DNA of 64,000 nt, from assembly GCA_031835245.2 (NCBI GenBank), contig JAVKOQ020000032.1, forward strand, positions 186,001 to 250,000, read 5' to 3'. The notes beneath the pieces are model-generated. The model ran no database searches. It saw nothing but the letters and a program-made list of their open reading frames with translations, and was not told the DNA's origin. Below are positions 51,959 through 64,000 of the stretch, one piece after another (position 1 is the stretch's first letter; the number at the start of each line of letters is the position of its first letter). Origin of the DNA: Balamuthia mandrillaris (lineage: Eukaryota). A program made the position numbers and the translations under genes.

Positions 51959-54900
51959 ATGCAAGGCCACTCCACTTCTCTGCAAGAGAAGAGAGATCAG
52001 GAGGGTCACATCACCAGGAAAAGTGAAAGCAAAAAAAAGGTTACAACCAAACATAATCATCACCGCTTTTTCCCCTCACCCCTCTCCTTTCTCTCTCCTC
52101 ATCACAAACACCGAAAAAGAGAAGCAGAGAGAGAAGAGTATAAGAGTGAAGAAACAGATAAAGAAAAAGGAGAGGAAGTAATAGATCAGCGTCACCGCCA
52201 CCACCTTTCTCGCATCTCTCCTCGTCACCATAAACACCACCACCAACCACAAAGACCTGCCACCCAACAACTGCCTCGCAGACACTCTGCTGACGATTAC
52301 TCTGCCTCTTCTTTGGGATACAAAGAGGAACAAGAAGAAGATGAAGATGAAGAAGAGTTTTTACCAGAGATCTATTCTAACACCGGCTCTTCTTCTGCTG
52401 GTTCTTCTCCTTTGTTATCATCATCACACTTGCAGGGTGCTTCGTTCGGCGGTGCTGCTGAAGGTGGAGTCATGACCAGAGCGAAACGAGAGAGAAGCCA
52501 CAAGCCTTCTTCAAAGCACAGGAAGGACGAGACGAAAGCGAGAGCAAAAGAGAAAGAGAAGCAGGACATGGTTTCGTTGAAAGACAAACGAGAAGAGGAG
52601 GAAGAGGAAGATGAAGAGCAAGAACAAGGAAAGAGAGACAAAACAGAGAAAGAACGAGAGGAAAAAGCCACAGAAAAAGAACAAATAGAAGAGGAGGACA
52701 GGGACGAAGCGAAATGGAAGCGATACTCCAAGATGACAAAAGCGGAGAAGCTGGAGCAGCAACAGGCCTTCAAGCGGAACAAGAAAGAGAAGCTAAAGAA
52801 GAGGCTGCAAATGAAGGAAATGGAGATCCGCAACCTCATGCGAGCTCCCAAAGTTCTCTTAGACAACCAATTTGAGTTTGAGTGCGCCAGAATCGTCGAC
52901 GCAAACAATAACGAAGAGGACGCAACCAACACCAGTGGTAAACACAAAAAACATCATCACCAGCGTCACCATGACAAGATCGTGGGCAAGACTCGCTTCA
53001 TCCTCTCCAAACGTTTCCTGTATAGGCTGCAAGGAGCTGAGTTTGTGCCATGGATTGCCCTCGACCAGATTCGCAAGCTCTCTCTCTTCTCTTCTTCCGC
53101 TGATGAAGTTGCACCAACAGAGTCATCACCGAGAGAAGTGATATCAACAGAAGACGTTACAACTACCAACAAAGGTACAAAAGCTTCGACAAACGGTGCA
53201 AACAACAAAGGAGGATCGTTACCGTTGCTTGGCGGGCTTTCAGTGTGGAAGAGCAGCAAGAAGGCGAGTTCTTGTGGCTTTGTTTTGGAAGCTCCGCTAA
53301 TGAGGCTCGATCTTGTGGAGGAAAGAGAGGAATGGGCCAAGAAGCGAAAGCAACTTAAGATGGCAAAGAAGAGCAAAGGAAAAGGAAAAGAGGATGGTGG
53401 AGTTGAAGCAGCTTCTGACGACGATGATGACGACGAAAATGAAGGCGAGGACGAAGTTGAGGAACAACTCAAAAAAGCGAGTGCAGAAGATAACGACACT
53501 TCTGTGGTGAGATCCTTCAAGTTTTGGCATGAAGACAACAGCGTATGCAAGGAATGGGTTAAAAGCATCAACGATGCTCTCTCTTCCGACTCTTCTTCCT
53601 CCTCGTCCTCTGCTTCTACTTCCAACGCTGCACGCCCTCACTTTCTCTTCGGTCACTTGAACGAACACATCTTCTCTTCGCGTCATTCCTTCTCTCTATA
53701 TGCTGTGCCTACTCCCAATGAATCGGCCAAAGAGAAAGCCAAACGCCTCGCGCGACAGGCTAAGCAGTTCATGGAGGCCAAGCACAAGGCTGGTAAAGCC
53801 GAAGCCAGGCTCGCTATCTTGGAGCTCATCACGGAGAAAGGCTTTCCTGCAGAAGAGCACAAGGCACTCTCTTCTCCACTTTCTCTCATCTCTCATCTCT
53901 CTTCTCTCTTCTCTTCTCTTCTTCTCTCTTTTCTGACTTGATATTTTAGGTGCAAACAAAGGATGGTTATATCCTTACAACGCACAGGATTCCACACGGT
54001 CGCTCCGCTGATCTGGCTGAAGGAGAGGACGACGTGGAGTCGGAAGACTTGCTGAGCAGCGTGTCCTCCCCTGTCTCATCCTCACGCAGCGATAGTAGCA
54101 GCAATGCGAAGAAGCCGGTCGTGTTGTTGTGGCACGGGTTGCTAGATTGTTCCGTGACTTGGTTCCTCAACACCGAGATAAAATCCTTGGCTTTCATTCT
54201 GGCCAACAATGGGTATCGTTCTTCTTGTTCTTCTCGATGTTCTTTCTTCACTCTCTCACTCTCTCTGCTTCGTTTTGCTCACTGTCTTCTTTCTCCCCAA
54301 TGTAGATTCGATGTGTGGATGGGCAACAGCAGAGGCAATCGTTTCAGCAGGGAGCACATCACCTACAGGGACACGCAGGATGAGTTTTGGGACTTTAATC
54401 GTGACTCCCTCGTGGAGGACGTCAAAGCCACCATCGACTATGTGCTGGAGCACACGGGGGCTTCTACCCTAGGCTATGTGGGCCATTCTCAGGGCACTCA
54501 CATCATGTTTGCCCTGCTTGCCTCTGATCCTGCCTATCACTTCAAGATTAACTTGTTTACAGGTCTTCTTTCGTCTCTTTTCTTTCCTCTTTCTTGTTAC
54601 TCATCATCTTTCTTTCCTCATGCTTAACAAACAGCGCTGGCTCCTGCCGTCTACGTCTCCAACCAAAAAAGCAAGATGATGACCACGCTAGCTGCCATCA
54701 AGACCGACAAGATCTTCCAACTCTTTGGCATCCAAAGCTTCATGACCAGCCTGGGCTTTGCCAACGCTTTCGCCCCCAATCTCATCCTCAACAACCCCAG
54801 CGTCTCCAAAGCCGTCACCCAAAAGGCCTTTGGAGCCTTGTGTGGTTGGAATCCAGAGGAGAACTTTTGCATGGATCGTATGCCCATCTTGGCAGCGCAT

Positions 54901-55428
54901 CAGCCCGGTGGCACAAGCGTCCAAGTCATGGCGCACTGGTCCCAGGCCATCCAGTTGGGAGGGTTCGTTAAGTATAACTATGGCAAGAAGAAGAATGCCA
55001 AAGTTTACGGGCAACCGACTCCTCTAAGTTATGACTTGAGCGGGTGTTGCGGTGGAGTCATGTTGAAGAAGGATGATGGAGAAGAAGTGGTATCGCCGGA
55101 AGTTCCGATCGCGTTATTCTATGGAGGGAAGGATAAGTTGACAACGGTGGTGGATGTGGAGCGGCTCATCTCGGATCTGCCACGTCGGCCGTGCTTCCTT
55201 CACTTCGAACCAGGTTATGCCCATCTTGACTTTGTGTGGGGAGAAGACGCAGATGAGAAGATCTTCCCTCATGTCTTGTCATTGGTGGATAAGTATTGCG
55301 GCAACAGTAGAGGCTGTAATGATGTTGATGTTGACTTGGAAGGAGATGAAGATAAAAAAGAAGAAGAAGGAGAAGATGGTACGGGAGAAGAATCAGAGGA
55401 AGAGAAAGAGAAAGAAAAAGAAGAATAA
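51959..55428 (+). CDS. Acid-lipase-family alpha/beta hydrolase with a long N-terminal extension containing a split PH-like domain; first intron 53864-53949 is GC-AG
   Basis: GFPAEEHK|VQTKDGYILTTHRIP, LLWHGLLD, DVWMGNSRGN, GHSQG, GGKD and HLDFVWG. Upstream RFILSKRFLYRL and CKEWVKSINDA are PH-like. Confidence 0.85.
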
Positions 55429-55503
55429 GGAGAAAATGATGAGAAAGAGAAAGAGAAAGAAGTGTAGCGTTCATCTTCTGTTTCCTGCAATAACTTATTA
55501 TAT

Positions 55504-56620
55504 CTACTGATTCTTTTTCCTCTTCAACACGTCTTTGTTGTGGTTTCGTTTGGCAGAAGAAGGCCAACAAAGACGAACCAAGAAAGCCCTAACCACAAGA
55601 GAGGTAAGCAGAAAGACAAGAGCAGACCCAGCAGATACCCTGTACAACGGCAAAGCAGCGGCCAATAGCCAGACGAGGCCTCCAGGGAACCATCCACCAC
55701 CCAGCCTGTGAAGCCATCGATAGAGGAGGAAGGTGCTCCACAGATGGAACTTGATGAGGAGGCCAAGCATCAAAGAGAGGCAGAGCAACAGCCCGTATTC
55801 ATCCCATGACTTGGAGCTTGTGGAGGAGGAAGGGCTTTGTAGCAGTTCTAACACGGTCTTTAGTGGCTGAAAGGCAAAGCTCAAGTCATAACTCTTTCTT
55901 GTTTCTTCTTCCATCAGCACTTCGAAAGCTTTGGATAGGTCAAAGAAACGAAAAGGTGAAGAAGTTACGGGAGCGAAAACATGATATCACGCCTGGAGAA
56001 CAACAAAGAGCAGACGAACGAGACGGTGGTGCCAAAAAATAAGATAGAAAGAGTGTACCTGCACTCATAGTGGAGAAGTAGGCAGACTGTTCGGCCTGCT
56101 CCGCTTTGGGGAACTTGTCGGGATGGTTCTTGAGCGCCCACTGGCGAAAGGCCCGCTTGAGCTCCGCCTGGGAGGCCGTGGGCTCCACCCCCAGCTCGTG
56201 GTAGAGGTTCTTGTGGTGACCGATGGTGAAGGCCACCACGAAGCAAAGGCATCCCAAAAAGAGTAGCAGGGGCCACACTTTGGTAAGCAAATGTAAAAAT
56301 GTAGTGGAGGCTGGAGAATGATCCGAAGGAGGAGCAGAAGAAGGAAAGGAAGGGGGAGAACGAAAAGAATGGGAAGAGGAAGGAGGGTTGGAGTGGAGGG
56401 TTTCGTGGATGGAAGTGAGTTTGTGGTTCATGTCGGTGATGAGGGAGCGGATTTCGTGAAGGCTTGCTGTTGTGGCTTGCATATCGTCTTCTTGGCCGGG
56501 CTCATCTTCCTCCATGAAAGTGGTACCTCCACGAAAGTAGTGTTGGGAGGGAGCAGTAGGCTCTGGATAGAGTCTTCCTGTTCGAAGCTCTTCTTCCTCT
56601 TCAGACGCATACTTCATCAT
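55504..56620 (-). CDS. Membrane-anchored DnaJ-domain protein, 2 exons
   Basis: TM, then YHELGV..ELKRAFRQWALKNHPDK..AFEVLMEEETRKSYD, then further hydrophobic segments. Confidence 0.85.
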
Positions 56621-56849
56621 TTTTAGTTTCTTCTTACAATGAAATGAATGTTTCACAATTACTGCAAAAATTTTAACAATTTTGTCTTTTTTTTTCCAAA
56701 GTTTCACGAATTGTCAACATTCTTCATCGATTATTTCGATATTTTCTGCTTTTTAGGTTGTGCAGGGTCGACATTTAAAATATTTTTCATATAATTTTCA
56801 ATAAATATCGTAAGAGGTTAATACTTATTTATTACGAGAGACCAGCGAG

Positions 56850-58200
56850 ATGAGCAAGACACAGGCGATGAACCAGAACGCCTCCTCCTGCTTGCTGGGC
56901 AGAGTCTCTGGCGGTGCCTTCTTTGGGAGATGCGTCTCAACGAGGAGTCCGCTGCTTCCTCGTCATGCTGGGAGATACTTTTCGTCTTCTTCTTCTTCGC
57001 CACGAGGTGAGGAAGTGGTGGAGATGAAGCACAATCGACTCGGCAGTTCAGGGCTGAAGGTCTCCGCCCTTAGTTTGGGCTCTTGGATCACTTTCGGAGA
57101 TCAGGTTTTCGTCCTCTCTCTCTCTCTCTTCTTTTTTTTTTTTTGTCGAGTGAGGGGTGACCTGTTTGACACTCATCTTGGTTCTCTGTGGGGTTGCTGT
57201 TAGTTGGACGAGGACAAAGCGTTTGAGATCATGAAAACGGCCTATGACCATGGCATCAGTGTGTATCCCTTCCTGTTCTTCCTTTCTGACCCTTGTTGTT
57301 GTCATTCTTCTTGTTCTTGTTCCGTTGCTTCTTCTTGTTCTTGTTCTGTGGTGCTTATTCTTCTTCTTGTTCTTGTGCTTGCTCTTGTTCTTGTTCTTGT
57401 TCTTGTTGTTCTTGTTGTTGTTATTCTTCTTCTTGTTCTTGTTCTGGTTCTTCTTCCTCTTCTTCTTGTTCTTGTTCTTCTTCTTGTTCTTCTTCTTCTT
57501 CTTCTTCTTCTTCTTCTTCTTCTTCTTCTTCTTCTTCTTCTTCTTCTTCCTTCTTCTTCTTCTTCCACTCATAAAGCAAACGTTTAAACCATATTAACAA
57601 AAAAACACAAGACTTTTTTGACAACGCAGAGTCCTATGCGTATGGCCACTCAGAGGTAGTGATGGGCAAGATACTGAAGAGAGGAGGGTGGCGCCGTCAG
57701 AGCTTGGTCCTCTCCACGAAGCTCTTCTGGGGAGAACCAGCTCCTGACCAGCCCGTCGGCCCTAATGATAGAGGTATACCTATCCTTTTTCTCTTTTTCC
57801 TCATTTATGCACGCTTTCCTCTTTTCTCAGGTTGTTGTTGTTGTTGTTCTTGTTCTTGTTCTTGTTCTTGTTCTTGTTGTTGTTGTTTGCAACATCGGTT
57901 AAACAGGTCTTTCGAGGAAGCATATTGTGGAAGGGTAACGCTCCTTTGTTTGCATTTTCTCTTGTCTCTGGAACCGGAAAAGTTGATCACCGATAAATGA
58001 GCAGCATACATGCCTCTCTGGAGCGAATGCAGCAGGACTATGTCGATTTGTTGTATTGTTACCGACCCGACATCGAAACACCTCTCGAAGAAACCGTACG
58101 AGCCATGTCTCACGTGGTGGATAAAGTGCGTTCCTTCTCTTCCCTCTTATCGTTCTTCTCCTTCTCCTCCTCGTTCTAGTCCTTCTTATCTTCGCTCTCC

Positions 58201-58244
<44 letters not shown>

Positions 58245-59049
58245 GTTTCTCTCTCTCTCACTTAAAAACAGGGACTGGCGTTGTACTGGGGCACCTCCGA
58301 ATGGCCGGCGGAAATGCTTCAAGAGGCCATCGCCATTGCTCGCCGGGAGCACCTCATCCCTCCCACGATGGAACAACCAGAGTACAACATGCTCACTCGC
58401 CGTCGCGTCGAGCGGGACTACCTTCCCCTCTACAAGGCCGAAGAGCATGGATTGGCGCTTGGGCTAACCACCTGGTCTCCACTGAAGTACGGAATACTGA
58501 CCGGAAAGTACTCCGGCATGAACATCCCGAAAGACAGCAGGGCAGGCTCCAACGAATGGGGCAGAAAACGCATCCTCAAGGCCATCGGCGAGGAGCCACA
58601 ACAGCAACAGCACGTGTTGAGCACTGTGGATCGGTTGAAGCCTATTGCCGAGGAGTTGGATTGTTCTCTTGCTCAGGCAAGCTTCTTTCTTTCTTTCTTT
58701 CTTTCTTTTCTTTCTTGTCGTTTCTTTCTTGTAGTTTCTTTCTTTCTTGTCATTGAATTGTGCTTTTGCTCAAGTACCCTTTTTTCTTCCTTTCGTTCTT
58801 TGTCCTTCCTTTCACAAACACAAAAAGTTGGCTCTGGCGTGGTGTCTGCGCAACCCAGCGGTCTCTTCGGTGATAACTGGGGCATCGCGGCCGGAGCAGG
58901 TCGCCCACAACGTGGCCGCCCTGAAGGTGCTCCCCAAGCTCTCCCCCGAGGTGCTCGCCAGGATCGAAGCCCTCCTCGACAACGACCCCAACAAGACCCA
59001 AGCGGAGGAGCCCACCGCGATAAACTGGCGAAGCATCATCCGCACTTGA
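56850..59049 (+). CDS. Aldo-keto reductase, voltage-gated K+ channel beta-subunit-like (AKR6), 7 exons; last intron 58677-58827 is GC-AG
   Basis: [85 protein letters not shown]. Confidence 0.9.
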
Positions 59050-59368
59050 AAAAGGAATATTTTTTGTGGTTGAAATTACAGCGAAAACAGAGAGAAAATC
59101 GATAGAATATGATAATATAATTGGTCATCGGGAATTTAAATTTCCCCGGATAGTACGTAAAATCTTCCCGATGCATTCATCTTCCCGACGCCATCATTGG
59201 TTCCCTCATAACGATGACGAACTGTTGTTTCTCTTTTTTTTTTAATGTTTACTCTTTCTTTTTCCTTTCTGTTCAGTTTTCATCCTCCAAAGAACAACAA
59301 AGCCTTTTTTTTTTTTTTGAAAGGAGGGACACATCACATACTTGAACGAGACAAAAAGGTATGCATGA

Positions 59369-60990
59369 ATGTTTTCCTCTTCTTCTGTTTCGTCTTCGTC
59401 GTTAGTGTCCACCGCACGGCGGGCTCCTCGTTGGCTGCTTGCTCTCGCACCTCCTCGACGAGGAATGGCTGCCCCTGCCGTTCTAGTGAACGCTAGGCGT
59501 GTGCCATCACTTCAACCACAAAGAACCTCTTCTTCTTCTTCTTCTTCTTCTTTCCCTTTTTCCCCTTCTTCTTCTTTTCACTCACTCGCGCCTCGTTCTT
59601 CTTCTCTTTCCACATGTTTCCTCCGTATCTCTTCTTCCTCCTCTCCTCCTGCTTTCTTTCTCCCACCACAACAAAACAGAAGAAGAATGGCATCATCCTC
59701 ATCGACTATTCCAGGAGGAGCAGCGACAGACGGCTCTCCAAACAACGTTGCCCGAAGCAAAACCTCCTTCGATGAGGTGGACAAAACCACCGGCGAGTTC
59801 AAGCGGCAGCCTACCACCTTTCGCCACTGGGTTAAACTGGACGGCAGCACCGAGTTCCCTCCCGAGGCGGGACGCTACCACCTCTACGTCTCTTATGCCT
59901 GCCCTTGGGCCAGCCGCTGCCTTCTCTTCCGCTCGCTGAAAGGCCTGGAGGAGGCCATCCCTGTGCATACGGTCGCTCCTCGCTGGGGCCTGGTGAACAA
60001 GGAGACGGGAGCTCACGGTTGGGTCTTTACCAGCAAGGAGGAAGGAGAGACCAGCAGCGATGTTATAGGCGGTATATCATGTGTGGACGAGCTGAACCAT
60101 TGCAAGACCTTGAGGGAGCTCTATGAGCTGGCGGTGCCGGACTATAACGGCAAGTACACGGTGCCGGTGTTGTGGGACTCCAAGACCAAAACCATTGTCA
60201 ACAACGAGAGCAGCGAGATCATCCAGATGTTCAACAGGGAATTTAACTCGATGGCCAAGAATGCGGAGCTGGACTTGTGCCCACCGGAGCTGGAGAATTA
60301 CATCAAGGAGCTGAACGACTGGATGTATGATACTATCAACAATGGTGTATATAGGTGTGGATTCGCCACCACTCAGGAAGCTTGTACGTTAACTCTTCTC
60401 TCTTCTGTATTTAACTACAATGTGTTGCGTATCTTAACATCACTTGGGTGATAGATGAATCTGCCTTTAAGACTCTCTTTGAAAAGTTAGATGAAGCAGA
60501 AGCAAAACTTGGCACTAGTCGTTATCTTTGTGGAAACACAATTACTGGTTAGTTGCGTTGCTTCGTTTCTTTTCTGTTGTTTGACCAAAAGCTCTAACCA
60601 AATTTTCTACCCAACAGAGGCCGATATTCGCCTGTTTGTAACCATTGTTCGCTTTGATCCTGTATATGTTGGTTTGTATTCTTCCATATCTCTCTCTCTC
60701 TCTCTCTCTTCATCGTTCTCTTCTCTTCTCTTCTCCCTCTCTCTCTCCCTCTGCTAATAATCTGTCCAGGTCATTTCAAGTGTAACAAGAAGCGTATTGT
60801 AGATCATCCACACCTGTGGGGATGGGTTCGGGACGTCTACCAACATCCTGGCGTGGCCGAAACTGTTAACATGCACCACATAAAGCATCACTACTATGGC
60901 AGCCACCCAAAGATCAACCCAACCCTCATCGTGCCCGTTGGTCCTGATATCGACTACTCCACCCCTCATCACCGTGAAAAACTCTTCTAG
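59369..60990 (+). CDS. Glutathionyl-hydroquinone reductase (GST Xi class, YqjG/ECM4-like) with an organellar-type presequence, 4 exons
   Basis: [68 protein letters not shown]. Confidence 0.92.
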
Positions 60991-61159
60991 AGAACCCCAA
61001 CCAGAACGTCACTTGTAGCAAACCTTTTTCTTTATCCTCTTCACAAAAGTGAAAATATAAATAACGCTGAAGATGAAACGAAAACATGAAGAGAGTAAAC
61101 AAAAAGAAGAACGAAAGGGAAAGTTTAGAAGGAGAGAGAGAGAGAGAGAGAGAGAGGAG

Positions 61160-62212
61160 TTATTTTGAGTCTTGTTCACTCTTAGACGAGGAATTCTTTT
61201 GTTTCTTGCGTTCATCCAGCAGTTGCTGCATAGCAGTGCGCATGGCATCGAGGTCCGCTGGATCATCCGGAAAACCAGAGGCCTTCCATCGTACCAACCC
61301 CTCCTCATCCAACAGCAAAGCATAGCCCACCAGCCGGTTGTGCAGGCCCAGCGTCCACCTCATGCTCTTGGTCTTCATGATACCATTGTAATACAACATC
61401 CTGGGCCATCTCTCCCTCTCCGTGTGCTTCTTGAAGTAAGCCATCCGCAAGACCGGGTTGAAGAACCAGTAAGCCAGTTGTTGCACGGTCTCCAACTCGT
61501 AGACAGGGACATCAGGAAAGGCCTTCTCAAAGGGTTTGCGCCAGGCATCCAGCATGCCGAAAGCATAGAGGCGCTGCACGGAGAGAAGCAACAGAATGGG
61601 GCCTTCCTTCTTGGTCACTTGCTCCAGGGACACCCTCTTGCCAAAGGGCTGCCATGAGGCAAAGGACTTGCTCAGGAGAGGAAAGGGCTGGCTGTCCTTT
61701 TTCTTGAAGGCTTTGGTGGGAGTTGGCCAGAGCCTGCCTTTGGGATTGACCAGGAGTTCGTTGGCATCGCCCCAATACCCTCTTTCGATCTCTTGTTTTC
61801 TGCGTGGAAGAAAAGCGCAAGAAGAAGGAGAAAGGAAGTGAGCGCTAGGTATTCCACAGATCAGAAATTGAGTGAGAGAGAAAAGAGTTACAATAATTTC
61901 TGCTTCTCGGTGGTGGCGTTTTCGCGATACCATGCCAATATGTTCCATTGGAAGTGGCGCTTTTGTTGCATGGCTACGTGAAGATGAATCAGTATTTTGC
62001 GTTCATTCACTGTGCTTGATGTTCTCTTTTGCGAACTTACCGGTGATCACATGTTGATCTGTGATTGGCAAGGCATACCGCCCCAAACCAAAAGGAGAGG
62101 CGTTTCGTCCTTGAAAGCCCCCAACCAACGCAAAGGTCTTTCTTCCACCACTTGCACAAGACAGCAAAGGAAACGCCGACGTCGCTCCGACCAGCCCTCT
62201 TCTTCCTTTCAT
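61160..62212 (-). CDS. ATP10: Mitochondrial ATP synthase assembly factor ATP10, 3 exons
   Basis: Presequence-like N-terminus; LKQEIERGYWGD; LHNRLVGYALLLDEEGLVRWKASG. Confidence 0.8.
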
Positions 62213-62292
62213 CTTTGTTCTTTAGTCTTTCTTTTTTGACGACAGGAGAGAGGAATCGGGAGAGATGTTTGGAAGGAAAGAGAGAGGAGAGC

Positions 62293-62384
<92 letters not shown>

Positions 62385-62619
62385 GGAAGCAAGAGGAACA
62401 GCGAGCAGACAAAGAAGAAAGCAAGTGAGAAGAAGAAGAAAGCAAGGAGACGAAGAAGAAGAAAGCAAGGAGACGAAGAAGAAGAAAGCAAGTGAGAAGA
62501 AGAAGAAGAAGAAGAAGAAGAAGAAGAAGAAGAAGAAGAAGAAGAAGAAGAAGAAGAAGAAAGAAGAGCTTTTCGAGATTGTGTTCTTTGTTGACGAAAA
62601 GGAAAAAAAAAAGAGTGGT

Positions 62620-63975
62620 TTAGTGGTGGGGATGGGAGTGGGCGTGCTTTTCGATCTTCTTGACCTCCTCCTCGAGCCATGCCGTGGTGACGGACTTGGG
62701 ACGTTCGATGGGGAGACCGTGAGCGCGGTCCCAGACAAGGCTGGGCAACACGCCCAAAGCGCGCGACACGCCAAACAACACAGTGTAAAAGTTCTCCTCC
62801 TTCAGCCCATAGTATTGCAGCAACACTCCACTGTTTAGTGTAAAACAAAGAAGAAGAAATGATCAGCTTCAAAAGAACAGAAAGAAGAATAAAGACGGAA
62901 AGGGGGAGAAAACGCACGAGTGAGCATCCACGTTGGGCCAGGGGTTCTTGGTCTTGCCCTGCTCGGTGAGAACGCCAGGTACGATGTTGTAGAGCTGCTT
63001 GACGAGCTTGAAGAGAGGATCGTTGGGGAGGTGCTTCAGGGCGAATTGCTGTTGGGCGATGTAGCGAGGATCGGTCTTCCTAAGGACGGCGTGGCCAAAG
63101 CCAGGCACCACCTGACCAGAGTTGAGGGTGTTCCACACCTCCTTTCTAACCTCATCATCGGAGGCATCCTTGTGACCAAAGTTCTCCCTCATCTATGATT
63201 AAAAAGGTGTTAATAAGCACAAATACATTGAGAGACAGAGACAAGGAGAATAGAGGGGGAAAAGGATAAGAGAGGAAAAAAGAATTCATAAACAAACCTT
63301 CATGACCCAGCGGAGAACCTCTTGGTTGGCAAGACCATGGAGAGGACCAGCAAGACCGGCCATACCAGCGGCAAAGGAGAGGTAAGGGTCAGAGAGAGCG
63401 CTGCCCACAAGGTGAGTGCTGTGAGCGCTGACGTTGCCGCCCTCGTGGTCGCTGTGGATGACCAAGTAGAGGCGCATGAGCTCATCAAAGTCGCGGTTAT
63501 CAAAGCCCATCATGCGAGCAAAGTTGGCGGCTTGATCAAGCTTGTAGTCGGGGGCGATGGTCTTGCCGGCGTGGTAGGTGTTGCGGTAGATGTTGGCGGC
63601 CACGATGGGGAGGTAGGAGATGAGGTTCAAGCTGTCCTCATAGGTGTGCTTCCAGTATTCGCTCTTCTTGACGCCATCCTGGTAGGCCTGCGCAAACTGG
63701 CTTTCAGTCTGCAGGGCCGAGATGCCGACGCAAAACTGGGTCATGGGATGCATGGATCGGGGCAGCTGGGCGAGGAGGTTGCTGACATGCTTGGGGAAGT
63801 TCTTGGAGCGCTCCGCCAGCTCGTGGCTGAGGGCGTGGGCCTGCTCGTCGGTGGGGATCTCTCCGGTGAGCAAGAGCCAGAGGATGGACTCTGGGAGGGG
63901 CTGCTCTCCGCCACCAGGTGCCTTGGGAAGCTTCTCCTGGCACTCGGGGATGGTGTAGCCACGGAAGCGAATGCC
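62620..63975 (-). CDS. CS: Citrate synthase, eukaryotic type (5' exons lie beyond the window end)
   Basis: [67 protein letters not shown]. Confidence 0.96.
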
Positions 63976-64000
63976 CTGGGTTTTTTTGTTTTGATGAGAA

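Noticed and set aside
57261..57272. GTATCCCT as a U12 donor in the AKR gene
   Set aside because: Homology (GINFFDNAE) requires the upstream GTGTGT donor. The GTATCC donor gives a frameshift and stop.

Overview
Gene-dense, intron-rich eukaryotic genomic DNA with about 26 protein-coding genes. The gene content (ELMO, ERMES Mmm1, PPi-dependent PFK, GCK kinase) and the microsatellite-filled introns suggest a free-living amoebozoan, possibly Balamuthia/Acanthamoeba-like; this is inference only. Hand-spliced genes: GATA factor (partial), COX20, UBA2/SAE2, MFSD8-like transporter, papain-family protease, EamA transporter, STE20/GCK kinase, CISD3, ELMO, sulfotransferase/GT-like fusion, PPi-PFK, bacterial-type TsaE, MMM1, EAF, selenoprotein K, pseudokinase-RapGAP, PH-like/lipase, DnaJ, Kv-beta-like AKR, glutathionyl-hydroquinone reductase, ATP10, citrate synthase (partial) and several hypotheticals. 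The most notable signals missed by the ORF track are: (1) a ~118-bp non-coding element present twice (1092-1209, 12529-12647) that folds into one long irregular hairpin, with all inter-copy differences in unpaired positions; (2) a selenoprotein K gene with in-frame UGA, a SECIS and a UGA-proximal stem-loop; (3) a U12-type AT-AC intron splitting the GATA zinc finger, with a TTTGA-type branch region; (4) isolated Pol III B-box motifs in three bidirectional promoters. All exon models and folds were derived by eye and need RNA-seq or computational confirmation.
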